Origin: Macrostomum hystrix
Taxonomy: Eukaryota; Animalia; Platyhelminthes
Length of the DNA: 64,000 nucleotides
Assembly (NCBI GenBank): GCA_950097015.1
Contig: CATNEN010000001.1
Coordinates: 26,350,001 to 26,414,000 of the forward strand
Direction of reading: 5' to 3'
Position numbers and translations under genes: made by a program
Shown: one piece after another, positions 11,301-23,977 of the stretch
Layout: each line of letters begins with the position of its first letter
How positions within the stretch are numbered: the stretch's first letter is position 1
Notes under the pieces: generated by a model
The model's input: only the letters and a program-made list of their open reading frames with translations
Told to the model about the DNA's origin: nothing
The model's database searches: none

Positions 11301-14300
11301 CCACACTCTCAAAAATCGAATACCACACCCTCAAACCCGAATCCCACACTCTCAAACCCGAATCCCACACCCTCAAACCCGAATCCAACACTCTCAAACC
11401 CGAATCCCACACCCTCAAACCTGAATCCCACACTCTCAAACCCGAATCCCACACACTCAAACCCGAATCCCACACTCTCAAACCCGAATCCGACACCCTC
11501 AAACCCGAATCCCACACTCTCAAAAATCGAATACCACACCCTCAAACCCGAATCCCACACCCTCAAACCCGAATCCCACACCCTCAAACCCGAATCCCAC
11601 ACCCTCAAACCCGAATCCCACACCCTCAAACCTGAATCCCACACTCTCAAACCCGAATCCCACACTCTCAAACCCGAATCCCACACACTCAAACCAGAAT
11701 CCGACACCCTCAAACCCGAATCCCACAGTCTCAAACCCGAATCGCACACTCTCAAACCCGAATCCCACACCCTCAAACCCGAATCCCACACTCTCAAACC
11801 CGAATCCCACACCCTCAAACCCGAATCCCGCACTCTCAAACCCGAATCCCACACTCTCAAACCCGAATCCCACACCCTCAAACCCGAATCCCACCCACTC
11901 AAACCCGAATCCGACACCCTCAAACCCGAATCCCACACTCTCAAACCCGAATCCCACACTCTCAAACCCGAATCCCACACCCTCAAACCCGAATCCCACA
12001 CTCTCAAACCCGAATCCCACACCCTCAAACCAGAATCCCACACACTCAAACCCGAATCCCACACTCTCAAACCCGAATCCCACACTCTCAAAAATCGAAT
12101 ACCACACCCTCAAACCCGAATCCCACACCCTCAAACCCGAGTCCCGCACTCTCAAACCCGAATCCAACACTCTCAAACCCGAATCCCACACCCTCAAACC
12201 CGAATCCGACACCCTCAAACCAGAATCCCACACACTCAAACCCGAATCCCACACACTCAAACCCGAATCCCACACCCTCAAACCCGAATCCCACACCCTC
12301 AAACCCGAATCCCACACTCTCAAACCCGAATCCAACACTCTCAAACCCGAATCCCAGACCCTCAAACCCGAATCCCACACTCTCAAAAATCGAATCCCAC
12401 ACTCTCAAACCCGAATCCCACACTCTCAAACCCGAATCCCACACTCTCAAACCCGAATCCCACACCCTCAAACCAGAATCCCACACACTCAAACCCGAAT
12501 CCCACACACTCAAACCCGAATCCCACACTCTCAAACCCGAATCCGACACCCTCAAACCCGAATCCCACACTCTCAAAAATCGAATACCACACCCTCAAAC
12601 CCGAATCCCACACTCTCAAAAATCGAATACCACACCCTCAAACCCGAATCCAACACTCTCAAACCCGAATCCCACACCCTCAAACCTGAATCCCACACTC
12701 TCAAACCCGAATCCCACACACTCAAACCCGAATCCCACACTCTCAAACCCGAATCCGACACCCTCAAACCCGAATCCCACACTCTCAAAAATCGAATACC
12801 ACACCCTCAAACCCGAATCCCACACCCTCAAACCCGAATCCCACACCCTCAAACCCGAATCCCACACCCTCAAACCCGAATCCCACACCCTCAAACCTGA
12901 ATCCCACACTCTCAAACCCGAATCCCACACTCTCAAACCCGAATCCCACACACTCAAACCCGAATCCGACACCCTCAAACCCGAATCCCACACCCTCAAA
13001 CCCGAATCCCACACCCTCAAACCCGAATCCCACACCCTCAAACCTGAATCCCACACTCTCAAACCCGAATCCCACACTCTCAAACCCGAATCCCACACCC
13101 TCAAACCTGAATCCCACACTCTCAAACCCGAATCCCACACACTCAAACCCGAATCCCACACTCTCAAACCCGAATCCGTCACCCTCAAACCCGAATCCCA
13201 CACTCTCAAAAATCGAATACCACACCCTCAAACCCGAATCCCACACCCTCAAACCCGAATCCCACACCCTCAAACCCGAATCCCACACCCTCAAACCCGA
13301 ATCCCACACCCTCAAACCTGAATCCCACACTCTCAAACCCGAATCCCACACTCTCAAACCCGAATCCCACACACTCAAACCCGAATCCGACACCCTCAAA
13401 CCCGAATCCCACACCCTCAAACCCGAATCCCACACCCTCAAACCCGAATCCCACACACTCAAACCCGAATCCGACACCCTCAAACCCGAATCCCACACTC
13501 TCAAACCCGAATCCCACACTCTCAAACCCGAATCCCACACCCTCAAAAATCGAATCCCACACTCTCAAACCCGAATCCCACACTCTCAAACCCGAATCCC
13601 ACACCCTCAAACCCGAATCCCACACCCTCAAACCCGAATCCCACACGCTCAAACCTGAATCCCACACTCTCAAACCCGAATCCCACACTCTCAAACCCGA
13701 ATCCCACACACTCAAACCCGAATCCGACACCCTCAAACCCGAATCCCACACTCTCAAACCCGAATCCCACACTCTCAAACCCGAATCCCACACCCTCAAA
13801 AATCGAATCCCACACTCTCAAACCCGAATCCCACACTCTCAAACCCGAATCCCACACCCTCAAACCCGAATCCCACACCCTCAAACCTGAATCCCACACT
13901 CTCAAACCCGAATCCCACACTCTCAAACCCGAATCCGACACCCTCAAACCCGAATCCCACACTCTCAAAAATCGAATCCCACACCCTCAAACCCGAATCC
14001 CACACCCTCAAATCCGAATCCCGCACTCTCAAACCCGAATCCCACACTCTCAAACCCGAATCCCACACTCTCAAAACCGAATCCCACACTCTCAAACCCG
14101 AATCCCACACTCTCAAACCCGAATCCCACACTCTCAAACCCGAATCCGTCACCCTCAAACCCGAATCCCACACTCTCAAAAATCGAATACCACACCCTCA
14201 AACCCGAATCCCACACCCTCAAACCCGAATCCCACACCCTCAAACCCGAATCCCACACCCTCAAACCCGAATCCCACACCCTCAAACCTGAATCCCACAC

Positions 14301-17300
14301 TCTCAAACCCGAATCCCACACTCTCAAACCCGAATCCCACACACTCAAACCCGAATCCGACACCCTCAAACCCGAATCCCACACCCTCAAACCCGAATCC
14401 CACACCCTCAAACCCGAATCCCACACCCTCAAACCTGAATCCCACACTCTCAAACCCGAATCCCACACTCTCAAACCCGAATCCCACACACTCAAACCCG
14501 AATCCGACACCCTCAAACCCGAATCCCACACTCTCAAACCCGAATCCCACACTCTCAAACCCGAATCCCACACCCTCAAAAATCGAATCCCACACTCTCA
14601 AACCCGAATCCCACACTCTCAAACCCGAATCCCACACCCTCAAACCCGAATCCCACACCCTCAAACCTGAATCCCACACTCTCAAACCCGAATCCCACAC
14701 TCTCAAACCCGAATCCGACACCCTCAAACCCGAATCCCACACTCTCAAAAATCGAATCCCACACCCTCAAACCCGAATCCCACACCCTCAAATCCGAATC
14801 CCGCACTCTCAAACCCGAATCCCACACTCTCAAACCCGAATCCCACACTCTCAAAACCGAATCCCACACTCTCAAACCCGAATCCCACACTCTCAAACCC
14901 GAATCCCACACTCTCAAACCCGAATCCCACACCCTCAAACCCGAATCCCACACCCTCAAACCCGAATCCCGCACTCTCAAACCCGAATCCCACACTCTCA
15001 AACCCGAATCCCACACCCTCAAACCCGAATCCCACACACTCAAACCCGAATCCGACACCCTCAAACCCGAATCCCACACTCTAAAACCCGAATCCCACAC
15101 TCTCAAACCCGAATCCCACACCCTCAAAAATCGAATCCCACACTCTCAAACCCGAATCCCACACTCTCAAACCCGAATCCCACACCCTCAAACCCGAATC
15201 CCACACCCTCAAACCTGAATCCCACACTCTCAAACCCGAATCCAACACTCTCAAACCCGAATCCCACACCCTCAAACCCGAATCCCAAACTCTCAAACCC
15301 GAATCCCACACCCTCAAACCAGAATCCCACACACTCAAACCCGAATCCCACACACTCAAACCCGAATCGCACACCCTCATTATTTGAGCAGCATAATCAA
15401 ACCAGATGCACCCAAAAACAATGAAGAAAGCACCTCAAGTCTTGGCTGTTGGTCAGTTTGTCCTTTGAGTTCTACATTCCCTTATCACCCCGAGCTATTC
15501 TGCGACCGTCGCTTGCCTCAAAGCCTTCTCGGCAGACCTAAGAATAGAACTGTTTGCGGAAATGTTTGCCGAGCCGACTCTCAGCTGATAAGGCTTACAG
15601 ATTTGACCGCAGTTAACTTTGCTCAGGCTGAGCAGCCGTTAGAGAGGTCGCATTTTTGAGGTTGTGCTCAACCAGACGCTGTCCCAGACGGCGCCTCAAC
15701 ATAAGACGGAAAATATCAGGGCAGGGAATTTCATGAGCTGGCGATCTTTTAAACAATGTTTTTGTTGAAACACTTCTGGTTACTTACAGTAACGCAGCTG
15801 GGAAGTCACAGAAAATTTGCGAATTGGTCATTTGCTTATTGGTCAGCTCTAGCAAAGCAGACTTAACTGCAGTCAAACATTAGACAGGCCTGCTGAACAG
15901 GTTTAAGTGCTGTTCAAACAGGTGTATTAGACAGGCCTGCTGAACAGGTTTAAGTGCTGTTCAAACAGGTGTATTCGGACGGCTGTGAAAGTTAGTTCAT
16001 TGTGAAGGCCGGAAAATGTTGATCCAAATGGTGGACTTTCACGAAATTCGGTCATTCGATTTGGGAGACTATCGTGAAGTGGGCAGTGGGTGTTTGAAAT
16101 ACCCCCGTGGTTTCTCTACTGTTAACAGCTCAAACTTTTGTCCTGTCTGACCAGAAGTTTCTCAGACCAGAGCCTAACCCTGAGCACTTGCCTTCACCAT
16201 CAGCTTCCTGGACAAAGTGACGGAGGTGGGCCGCGATGACTACGAGCCATCCGAGCAAGACATCCTCCGCTGTCGGGTGCTCACATCCGGCATCTTCGAG
16301 ACCAAGTTCACGGTCGACCGCGTCAACTTCCACATGTTCGACGTCGGCGGACAGCGGGACGAACGACGCAAATGGATCCAGTGCTTCAACGATGTCACGG
16401 CCATTATCTTCGTGACGGCCTGTTCCTCCTACAACATGGTGCTGCGGGAGGATGCGTCACAGAACCGGCTGAAAGAGAGCCTGGAGCTGTTCCACTCCAT
16501 CTGGACAAACCGGTTGGGTGCACAATGTCACAATTTTACAGCTGGGTGAACTGGGTCAACGCGGCGAATAAAGTGGCATGCTCAAGGACACACGCCTCGA
16601 ACACATGACCTAGTCCAATCCACTGTAGTCAAATTCCCTGTAGTCACAATCCCCTGTAGTCACAATCCCCTGTAGTCACAATTCCCTGTAGTCACAATTC
16701 CCTGCAGTCACAATCCCCTGTAGTCACAATCCCCTGTAGTCACAATCCCCTGTAGTCACAATCTCCTGCAATCACAGTTTTAGAGGCTTAAAGCAATGTC
16801 GTCGTGAAGAATACGTGACGCACATCGCCAACATCTCCGCAGCTATCTGAGAAGCATCTCGGTGATTCTCTTCCTGAACAAGCAGGACCTGCTGACTGAG
16901 AAAATTCTGGCAGGCAAATCGCAACTGGAGGACTTCTTCCCCGCCTTCGCTGAGTACCAACTGCAACCCACGGACGGTAATGCTGTCTAACAGTCATGCT
17001 GATGTCTAACACTCATGCTGATGTCTAACACTCATGCTGATGTCTAACACTCATGCTGATGTCTAGCAGTCATGCTGATGTCTAACACTCATGCTGATGT
17101 CTAACACTCATGCTGATGTCTAACACTCATGCTGATGTCTAACACTCATGCTGATGTCTAACACTCATGCTGATATCTAACACTCATGCTGATGTCTAAC
17201 ACTCATGCTGATGTCTAACACTCATGCTGATGTCCAACACTCATGCTGATGTCTAACAGCCATGCTGATGTCTAACACTCATGCTGATGTCTAACACTCA

Positions 17301-20124
17301 TGCTGATGTCCAACACTCATGCTGATGTCTAACACTCATGCTGATGTCTAACACTCATGCTGATGTCTAACACTCATGCTGATGTCTAACACTCATGCTG
17401 ATATCTAACAGTCATACCGATGTCTAACAGTCATGCTGATGTCTAACACTCATGCTGATGTCTAACACTCATGCTGATGTCTAACACTCATGCTGATGTC
17501 TAACACTCATGCTGATATCTAACACTCATGCTGATGTCTAACACTCATGCTGATGTCTAACACTCATGCTGATGTCTAACACTCATGCTGATGTCTAACA
17601 CTCATGCTGATATCTAACACTCATGCTGATGTCTAACACTCATGCTGATGTCTAACACTCATGCTGATGTCTAACACTCATGCTGATGTCTAACACTCAT
17701 GCTGACGTCTAACACTCATGCTGATGTCTAACACTCATGCTGATGTCTAACACTCATGCTGATATCTAACAGTCATACCGATGTCTAACAGTCATGCTGA
17801 TGTCTAACACTCATGCTGATGTCTAACACTCATGCTGATGTCTAACAGTCATGCTGATGTCTAACACTCATGCTGATGTCCAACACTCATGCTGATGTCT
17901 AACACTCATGCTGATGTCCAACACTCATGCTGATGTCTAACACTCATGCTGATGTCCAACACTCATGCTGATGTCTAACACTCATGCTGATGTCTAACAC
18001 TCATGCTGATGTCTAACACTCATGCTGATGTCTAACACTCATGCTGATGTCTAACACTCATGCTGATGTCTAACACTCATGCTGATGTCTAACAGTCATG
18101 CTGATGTCTAGCAGTCATGCTGATGTCTAACACTCATGCTGATGTCTAACACTCATGCTGATGTCTAACAGTCATGCTGATGTCTAACACTCATGCTGAT
18201 GTCTAACACTCATGCTGATGTCTAACACTCATGCTGATGTCTAACAGTCATGCTGATGTCTAACACTCATGCTGATGTCTAACACTCATGCTGATGTCTA
18301 GCAGTCATGCTGATGTCTAACACTCATGCTGATGTCTAACAGTCATGCTGATGTCTAACACTCATGCTGATGTCTAACAGTCATGCTGATGTCTAGCAGT
18401 CATGCTGATGTCTAACACTCATGCTGATGTCTAACACTCATGCTGATGTCTAACACTCATGCTGACGTCTAACACTCATGCTGATGTCTAACACTCATGC
18501 TGATGTCTAACACTCATGCTGATGTCTAACACTCATGCTGATGTCTAACACTCATGCTGATGTCTAACACTCATGCTGATATCTAACAGTCATACCGATG
18601 TCTAACAGTCATGCTGATGTCTAACACTCATGCTGATGTCTAACACTCATGCTGATGTCTAACAGTCATGCTGATGTCTAACACTCATGCTGATGTCCAA
18701 CACTCATGCTGATGTCTAACACTCATGCTGATGTCCAACACTCATGCTGATGTCTAACACTCATGCTGATGTCCAACACTCATGCTGATGTCTAACACTC
18801 ATGCTGATGTCTAACACTCATGCTGATGTCTAACACTCATGCTGATGTCTAACACTCATGCTGATGTCTAACACTCATGCTGATGTCTAACACTCATGCT
18901 GATGTCTAACAGTCATGCTGATGTCTAGCAGTCATGCTGATGTCTAACACTCATGCTGATGTCTAACACTCATGCTGATGTCTAACAGTCATGCTGATGT
19001 CTAACACTCATGCTGATGTCTAACACTCATGCTGATGTCTAACACTCATGCTGATGTCTAACAGTCATGCTGATGTCTAACACTCATGCTGATGTCTAAC
19101 ACTCATGCTGATGTCTAGCAGTCATGCTGATGTCTAACACTCATGCTGATGTCTAACAGTCATGCTGATGTCTAACACTCATGCTGATGTCTAACAGTCA
19201 TGCTGATGTCTAGCAGTCATGCTGATGTCTAACACTCATGCTGATGTCTAACACTCATGCTGATGTCTAACACTCATGCTGACGTCTAACACTCATGCTG
19301 ATGTCTAACACTCATGCTGATGTCTAACACTCATGCTGATGTCTAACACTCATGCTGATGTCTAACACTCATGCTGATGTCTAACACTCATGCTGATGTC
19401 TAACACTCATGCTGATGTCTAACACTCATGCTGATGTCTAACACTCATGCTGATGTCTAACACTCATGCTGATGTCTAACACTCATGCTGATGTCTAACA
19501 CTCATGCTGATGTCTAACACTCATGCTGATGTCTAACACTCATGCTGATGTCTAACACTCATGCTGATGTCTAACACTCATGCTGATGTCTAACACTCAT
19601 GCTGATGTCTAACACTCATGCTGATGTCTAGCAGTCATGCTGATGTCTAGCAGTCATGCTGATGTCTAAGACTCATACGTCATATCTCTATCAGGTCTAT
19701 CAGTCATGCGGACATATGACTACTAGATAATTAAGCAGAACATGTCTCTATTATTCTCATAAAATAACTCCTTGTTTCCCTATTTTCCCAGCAAACGGTT
19801 TATTTGAAAGAGAAGATCCACGCGTGGTCCGCGCCAAGTGTTTTATTCGCGACCAGTTCCTGGTAAATTAACGAAAAAATCTTGAATACGATAAATTTTC
19901 TTATCGACTTTCGCACTACTCTACTTTTCCTTATCACAAGTAGTGCATATAGAAAGTGCGCGTATTTCGCCCCGCAGAAAATCAGCACACTGGACCAGCC
20001 CAGTCAGCACAACTGTTATCCGCATTTCACCTGCGCGGTTGACACTGAGAACATCAGGCGAGTATTCAAGGACTGCCGGGACATCATCCAGAGGATGCAC
20101 CTGAGAAAGTACGAGCTCATTTGA
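8229..20124 (+). CDS. GNAS: Heterotrimeric G protein alpha-s subunit, 7 coding exons, about 374 aa (exon 1b isoform)
   Basis: Exons 8229-8346, 8506-8578, 9483-9755, 16204-16512, 16843-16976, 19792-19862 and 19978-20124 join in frame at GT/AG sites (1125 nt). Motifs [41 protein letters not shown] and C-terminus [11 protein letters not shown] are Gs-class. Confidence 0.95.
8506..8578 (+). CDS. GNAS: G-alpha-s exon 2 (P-loop [18 protein letters not shown])
   Basis: TTTTAG acceptor, GTGAGT donor. Too short to appear in the ORF track. Confidence 0.95.
8670..9420. repeat. 20-bp near-perfect minisatellite (GAAAGCTTCAGGAAAAGAAT) in G-alpha-s intron 2
   Basis: About 37 copies, essentially one A/G variant site. 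Confidence 0.97.
9483..9755 (+). CDS. GNAS: G-alpha-s exon 3 (helical domain)
   Basis: [17 protein letters not shown]...[14 protein letters not shown]; CGCAG acceptor, GTGAGT donor. Confidence 0.93.
9775..9948. repeat. About 19-bp minisatellite (GAAATCCCGAATGTCCAAT) at the start of G-alpha-s intron 3
   Basis: About 9 copies starting about 20 nt after the donor. Confidence 0.85.
10412..15379. repeat. 5-kb 21-bp satellite (AAACCCGAATCCCACACTCTC) in G-alpha-s intron 3
   Basis: More than 200 copies, with an interspersed 22-bp variant AAAAATCGAATACCACACCCTC. Accounts for all ORFs called at 10385-15380. Confidence 0.98.
15881..15974. repeat. Two-copy 47-bp direct repeat
   Basis: TTAGACAGGCCTGCTGAACAGGTTTAAGTGCTGTTCAAACAGGTGTA occurs twice in tandem. 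Confidence 0.85.
15975..16085 (+). repeat. Dispersed repeat, diverged copy of 40778-40890
   Basis: Shared blocks TGAAAGTTAGTTCAT...TTGATCC...TGGTG...TTTCA...TTTGGGAG-CTATCGTGA. Confidence 0.7.
16204..16512 (+). CDS. GNAS: G-alpha-s exon 4 (switch I/II/III)
   Basis: FLDKV...[18 protein letters not shown]...[26 protein letters not shown]. Confidence 0.96.
16530..16597 (-). mobile_element. CORE-type SINE central fragment, inverted, just inside G-alpha-s intron 4
   Basis: Reverse complement GTGTCCTTGAGCA...CCAGTTCACCCAGCTGTAAAAT matches the body of the 20711 and 60570 SINEs. Confidence 0.7.
16620..16777. repeat. 16-bp minisatellite (CTGTAGTCACAATCCC) in G-alpha-s intron 4
   Basis: About 10 copies. 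Confidence 0.9.
16843..16976 (+). CDS. GNAS: G-alpha-s exon 5
   Basis: [35 protein letters not shown]; CCGCAG acceptor, GTAATG donor. Confidence 0.95.
16984..19677. repeat. 19-bp satellite (CTAACACTCATGCTGATGT) filling G-alpha-s intron 5
   Basis: About 140 copies starting within about 8 nt of the donor. Confidence 0.98.
19792..19862 (+). CDS. GNAS: G-alpha-s exon 6
   Basis: [23 protein letters not shown] resembles Gs EDPRVTRAKYFIRDEFL; CCCAG acceptor, GTAAAT donor. Confidence 0.92.
19978..20124 (+). CDS. GNAS: G-alpha-s exon 7 (last)
   Basis: [38 protein letters not shown]-stop. Confidence 0.96.
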   Translation, partial: KISTLDQPSQHNCYPHFTCAVDTENIRRVFKDCRDIIQRMHLRKYELI

Positions 20125-20329
20125 TCCAACAATTGACCTGCCGTACAGTGCTCCGCGAAAACTGAATCTAAACGTAACTTAATTAAAAAAAAATGACACA
20201 AGGAGTTCGTTGCCTTGAAGAGACACAACAATTATGCCACACGATATGCACGCAAGTTAGTTCAGTGCGTGTACAGAACATATTTTTAGTTCGACAACGC
20301 CTTAACTGATTTTAATAGTCCTTTTTAGC

Positions 20330-20345
20330 AATAAAGGTCAATAAA
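20330..20345 (+). terminator. Tandem AATAAA polyadenylation signals of G-alpha-s
   Basis: AATAAA at 20330 and 20340, about 200 nt after the stop codon. Confidence 0.55.
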
Positions 20346-20710
20346 TTCAGTTCCAATCACAGAATGCATCATCAGAACACGAAGCCACTTTTATGATTTT
20401 GATAAGGTTCTATTGTCATCCTGTGTACTTTCCAGGTGTGAAGAGCACCTAGCTTAATCCAGCCAATTAAATTTAATGATTGACACCTACTCACTAGTCC
20501 ATTTTGTCTGGTAACTAAAAAAATTGTACTCCTGTTATAGTGCATTGTGTGACGTCTGCGACTCTAGAGTTCAGTAACACTAGATCCTCATTCGTACACA
20601 ATGATTATTTTTTTATCCCAAAGCAGTTTTTGTCTCATTTTGTTCAGCAGACCGAAAGACCAAAAACATGGACTAGCAGATGATGTACCTTTGGATTGTA
20701 TTAATATTAG

Positions 20711-21039
20711 CCGTGGAGCCGTGGAGCCGTGGCCTAGTGGTTAGGGCGTCAGACTCAGGACTTGAAGGTCCATGGTTCGACTCCCGGACCGGGCGGCGAC
20801 CTGTGTCCTTGAGCAAGGCACTTAACCACGTATTGCTCCAGTTCACCCAGCTGTGATTGGGTACCAGCGCAAGCTGGGGAATAGAAAGGGTGGAGTGGCG
20901 ACCCCCCCACAGTAACTCTGTGACAGCCGTACACAGTCTCGGATGCGCCGCGCACTCGCTGCGGCTGTGCCTTGACTGTACATCTGGCAAAAACTGGCTG
21001 CTTGCAGCCTGCCAGGTGTAGTTCTATTCTATTCTATTC
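20711..21039 (+). mobile_element. tRNA-derived CORE-type SINE, full length, with 12-bp TSD
   Basis: A box TGGCCTAGTGG, B box GGTTCGACTCC, CORE-like TGTGTCCTTGAGCAAGGCACTTAACC...CACCCAGCTGT..TGGGTACC, (TATTC)n tail. TATTAATATTAG at both 20699-20710 and 21040-21051. Confidence 0.88.
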
Positions 21040-21389
21040 TATTAATATTAGAAAATTAAGCTTCCAGGTGGTTCTCAAACTCTCTGGCGTTGTGAGCATA
21101 CCTAAGTATTTCTGTTTGCTAAAATACACAGCTTTCACACAAACCCATGTGTTAAATACAACTGAAATTAAATACAACCATTGATACCTTAGGTATATTT
21201 ATGCGATTCCATTGCATTCAATAGCATTGTCTGACTTCAGCTGAAATTTTACTCAATGGGTGAATTAGTCAGAACCGATGTCGGGGAGTCCTGTCGACTA
21301 TTTGTACTTGCATTCTCATTATTCTATTCATAAAAGTCCAGAGCATCAACTCAAAGCAGGTTAAATTAAATTTAGAGTGCACGGGAAGC

Positions 21390-21455
21390 ATTTTGCCAAG
21401 TGGTTTAAGCATCGGACTTCTGCCAGAGACGACGGGAGTTCGAATCTAAGCTCAT
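21390..21455 (+). mobile_element. Degenerate tRNA-like SINE head
   Basis: TTGCCAAGTGGTT...GAGTTCGAATC with A/B-box spacing; no cloverleaf. Confidence 0.4.
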
Positions 21456-21549
21456 TAAAAAGTTATAGTTTATGAAAACTTCTATTGTTTTTTAGTTCAC
21501 CGATATTGAAAATTAGGATCAGCGTCACATAAAATCCCTACAGGGGTTG

Positions 21550-21815
21550 CCACTGGCTGTACACCTGGCAATAGCTGCAACTGTACTACTGGCTGTACAC
21601 CTGGCAATAGCTGCAACTGTACTACTGGCTGTACACCTGGCAATAGCTGCAACTGTACTACTGGCTGTACACCTGGCAATAGCTGCAACTGTACTACTGG
21701 CTGTACACCTGGCAATAGCTGCAACTGTACTACTGGCTGTACACCTGGCAATAGCTGCGACTGTACTACTGGCTGTACACCTGGCAATAGCTGCGACTGT
21801 ACTACTGGCTATACA
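21550..21815. repeat. 36-bp minisatellite (CTGGCTGTACACCTGGCAATAGCTGCAACTGTACTA)
   Basis: About 7 copies. Confidence 0.95.
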
Positions 21816-22092
21816 CTAGAAACTACTGTTCTCATCCTTTTTGGTTTCAAACAGAAAAATGTCCTTTTATTAAGCACAAGCTTTGAAGATGTTTAATGCC
21901 AAAATCAATCAGCTTAAGGCTTGACAGGTGATTCTTCATGGAATTGACATCTTCAACGAAATGCATTTTAATTTGGAATAAAAGTAAAAAAAGCTGCTAT
22001 TCTAATAATACAACTAGGACTAAAATATTGCACGAAGATAAGCAAAATCCATCTAAAATAAAAGCATTTATTTAATTTAATTCAATAAATTA

Positions 22093-23150
22093 AATCCCAC
22101 TCAATCCCACTCTCTCAATCCTATTCTCTCAATCCATTCTCTCAATCCCACTCTCTCAATCCCATTCTCTCAATCCCACTCTCTCAATCCCATTCCCTCA
22201 ATCCCACTCTCTCAATCCCATTCTCTCAATCCCACTCTCTCAATCCCACTCTCTCAATCCCACTCTCTCAATCCCACTCTCTCAATCCCATTCTCTCAAT
22301 CCCATTCTCTCAATCCCATTCTCTCAATCCCACTCTCTCAATCCCATTCTCTCAATCCCATTCTCTCAATCCCATTCTCTCAATCCCATTCTCTCAATCC
22401 CATTCTCTCAATCCCATTCTCTCAATCCCATTCTCTCAATCCCACTCTCTCAATCCCATTCTCTCAATCCCATTCTCTCAATCCCACTCTCTCAATCCCA
22501 CTCTCTCAATCCCATTCTCTCAATCCCATTCTCTCAATCACACTCTCTCAATTCCATTCTCTCAATCCCACTCTCTCAATCCCACTCTCTCAATCCCATT
22601 CTCTCAATCCCATTCTCTCAATCCCATTCTCTCAATCCCATTCTCTCAATCCCACTCTCTCAATCCCATTCTCTCAATCCCACTCTCTCAATCCCACTCT
22701 CTCAATCCCATTCTCTCAATCCCATTCTCTCAATCCCACTCTCTCAATCCCATTCTCTCAATCCCACTCTCTCAATCCCACTCTCTCAATCCCATTCTCT
22801 CAATCCCATTCTCTCAATCCCATTCTCTCAATCCCACTCTCTCAATCCCACTCTCTCAATCCCACTCTCTCAATCCCACTCTCTCAATCCCATTCTCTCA
22901 ATCCCATTCTCTCAATCCCGTTCTCTCAATCCCACTCTCTCAATCCCACTCTCACAATCCCACTCTCTCAATCCCACTCTCACAATCCCATTCTCTCAAT
23001 CCCATTCTCTCAATCCCATTCTCTCAATCCCATTCTCTCAATCCCATTCTCTCAATCCCATTCTCTCAATCCCGTTCTCTCAATCCCACTCTCTCAATCC
23101 CACTCTCACAATCCCACTCTCTCAATCCCACTCTCACAATCCCACTCCCA
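22093..23150. repeat. 14-bp minisatellite (CAATCCCAYTCTCT)
   Basis: About 75 copies. Confidence 0.97.
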
Positions 23151-23565
23151 CAAGTGGGCAGACGTACACTTGTGTGAGTGTGATCTCTGGAGTCAGCGAT
23201 ATCGGCACAGAATTACCTTCTGTCCTGCAAATTTCAAGTACTAATTGATCCGATCCACGCATTCCGCAGATTCCAATGCAGCGCTGAGTTAGTCGTTTGC
23301 ATCGCCCAATTCGAGACAGTCGAAGCTGATTGGGTGTTGCCAACCAGTGGCCTACAAAACTCTAAAACTTTTGAATGGACAGCTCTGCCACGTGTTCTCC
23401 CAGTTCCCCAAGCAGCCGCGGCTAACCAACCTGAACAGCAAATATTGTGAGTACCTGACCAATAAAATTGTCAAAACTTCTCAGTAATTGTTTCTGCATT
23501 TTGCTTGCACTCAATCAGCAGCTCACTGCTCAGCTTGGTCCACAAAAGTTAGTTTATTAGAATTT

Positions 23566-23977
23566 GCTTTCTTAGAAACACAGTCAGAATATGGCGCAAA
23601 GTCTCAAGTACGGGGCTAGATAATTAGTTTTCTTAGAAACACAGACAGAATATGACATAGATTCTCAAGTACGGGGCTAGATAATTAGTTTTCTTAGAAA
23701 CACAGACAGAATATGGCACAGAGTCTCAAGTACGGGGCTAGATAATTAGTTTTCTTAGAAACACAGACAGAATATGGCACAGAGTCTCAAGTACGGGGCT
23801 AGATAATTAGTTTTCTTAGAAACACAGACAGAATATGGCACAGAGTCTCAAGTACGGAGCTAGATAATTAGTTTTCTTAGAAACACAGACAGAATATGGC
23901 ACAGAGTCTCAAGTACGGAGCTAGATAATTAGTTTTCTTAGAAACACAGACAGAATATGGCACAAAGTCTTAAGTAC
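23566..23977. repeat. 61-bp minisatellite
   Basis: About 6.5 copies of TTTTCTTAGAAACACAGACAGAATATGGCACAGAGTCTCAAGTACGGGGCTAGATAATTAG. Confidence 0.95.

Noticed and set aside
10385-15380. Long ORFs (up to 759 aa) with SNPNPT / LKPESHT / RVWDSGL repeats
   Set aside because: Translations of the 21-bp satellite, open in several frames on both strands, inside a G-alpha-s intron.
20720-20790. tRNA gene candidates (also 60570, 25290, 43224)
   Set aside because: A/B boxes are present but there is no acceptor-stem closure, and each continues into a shared SINE body and tail.
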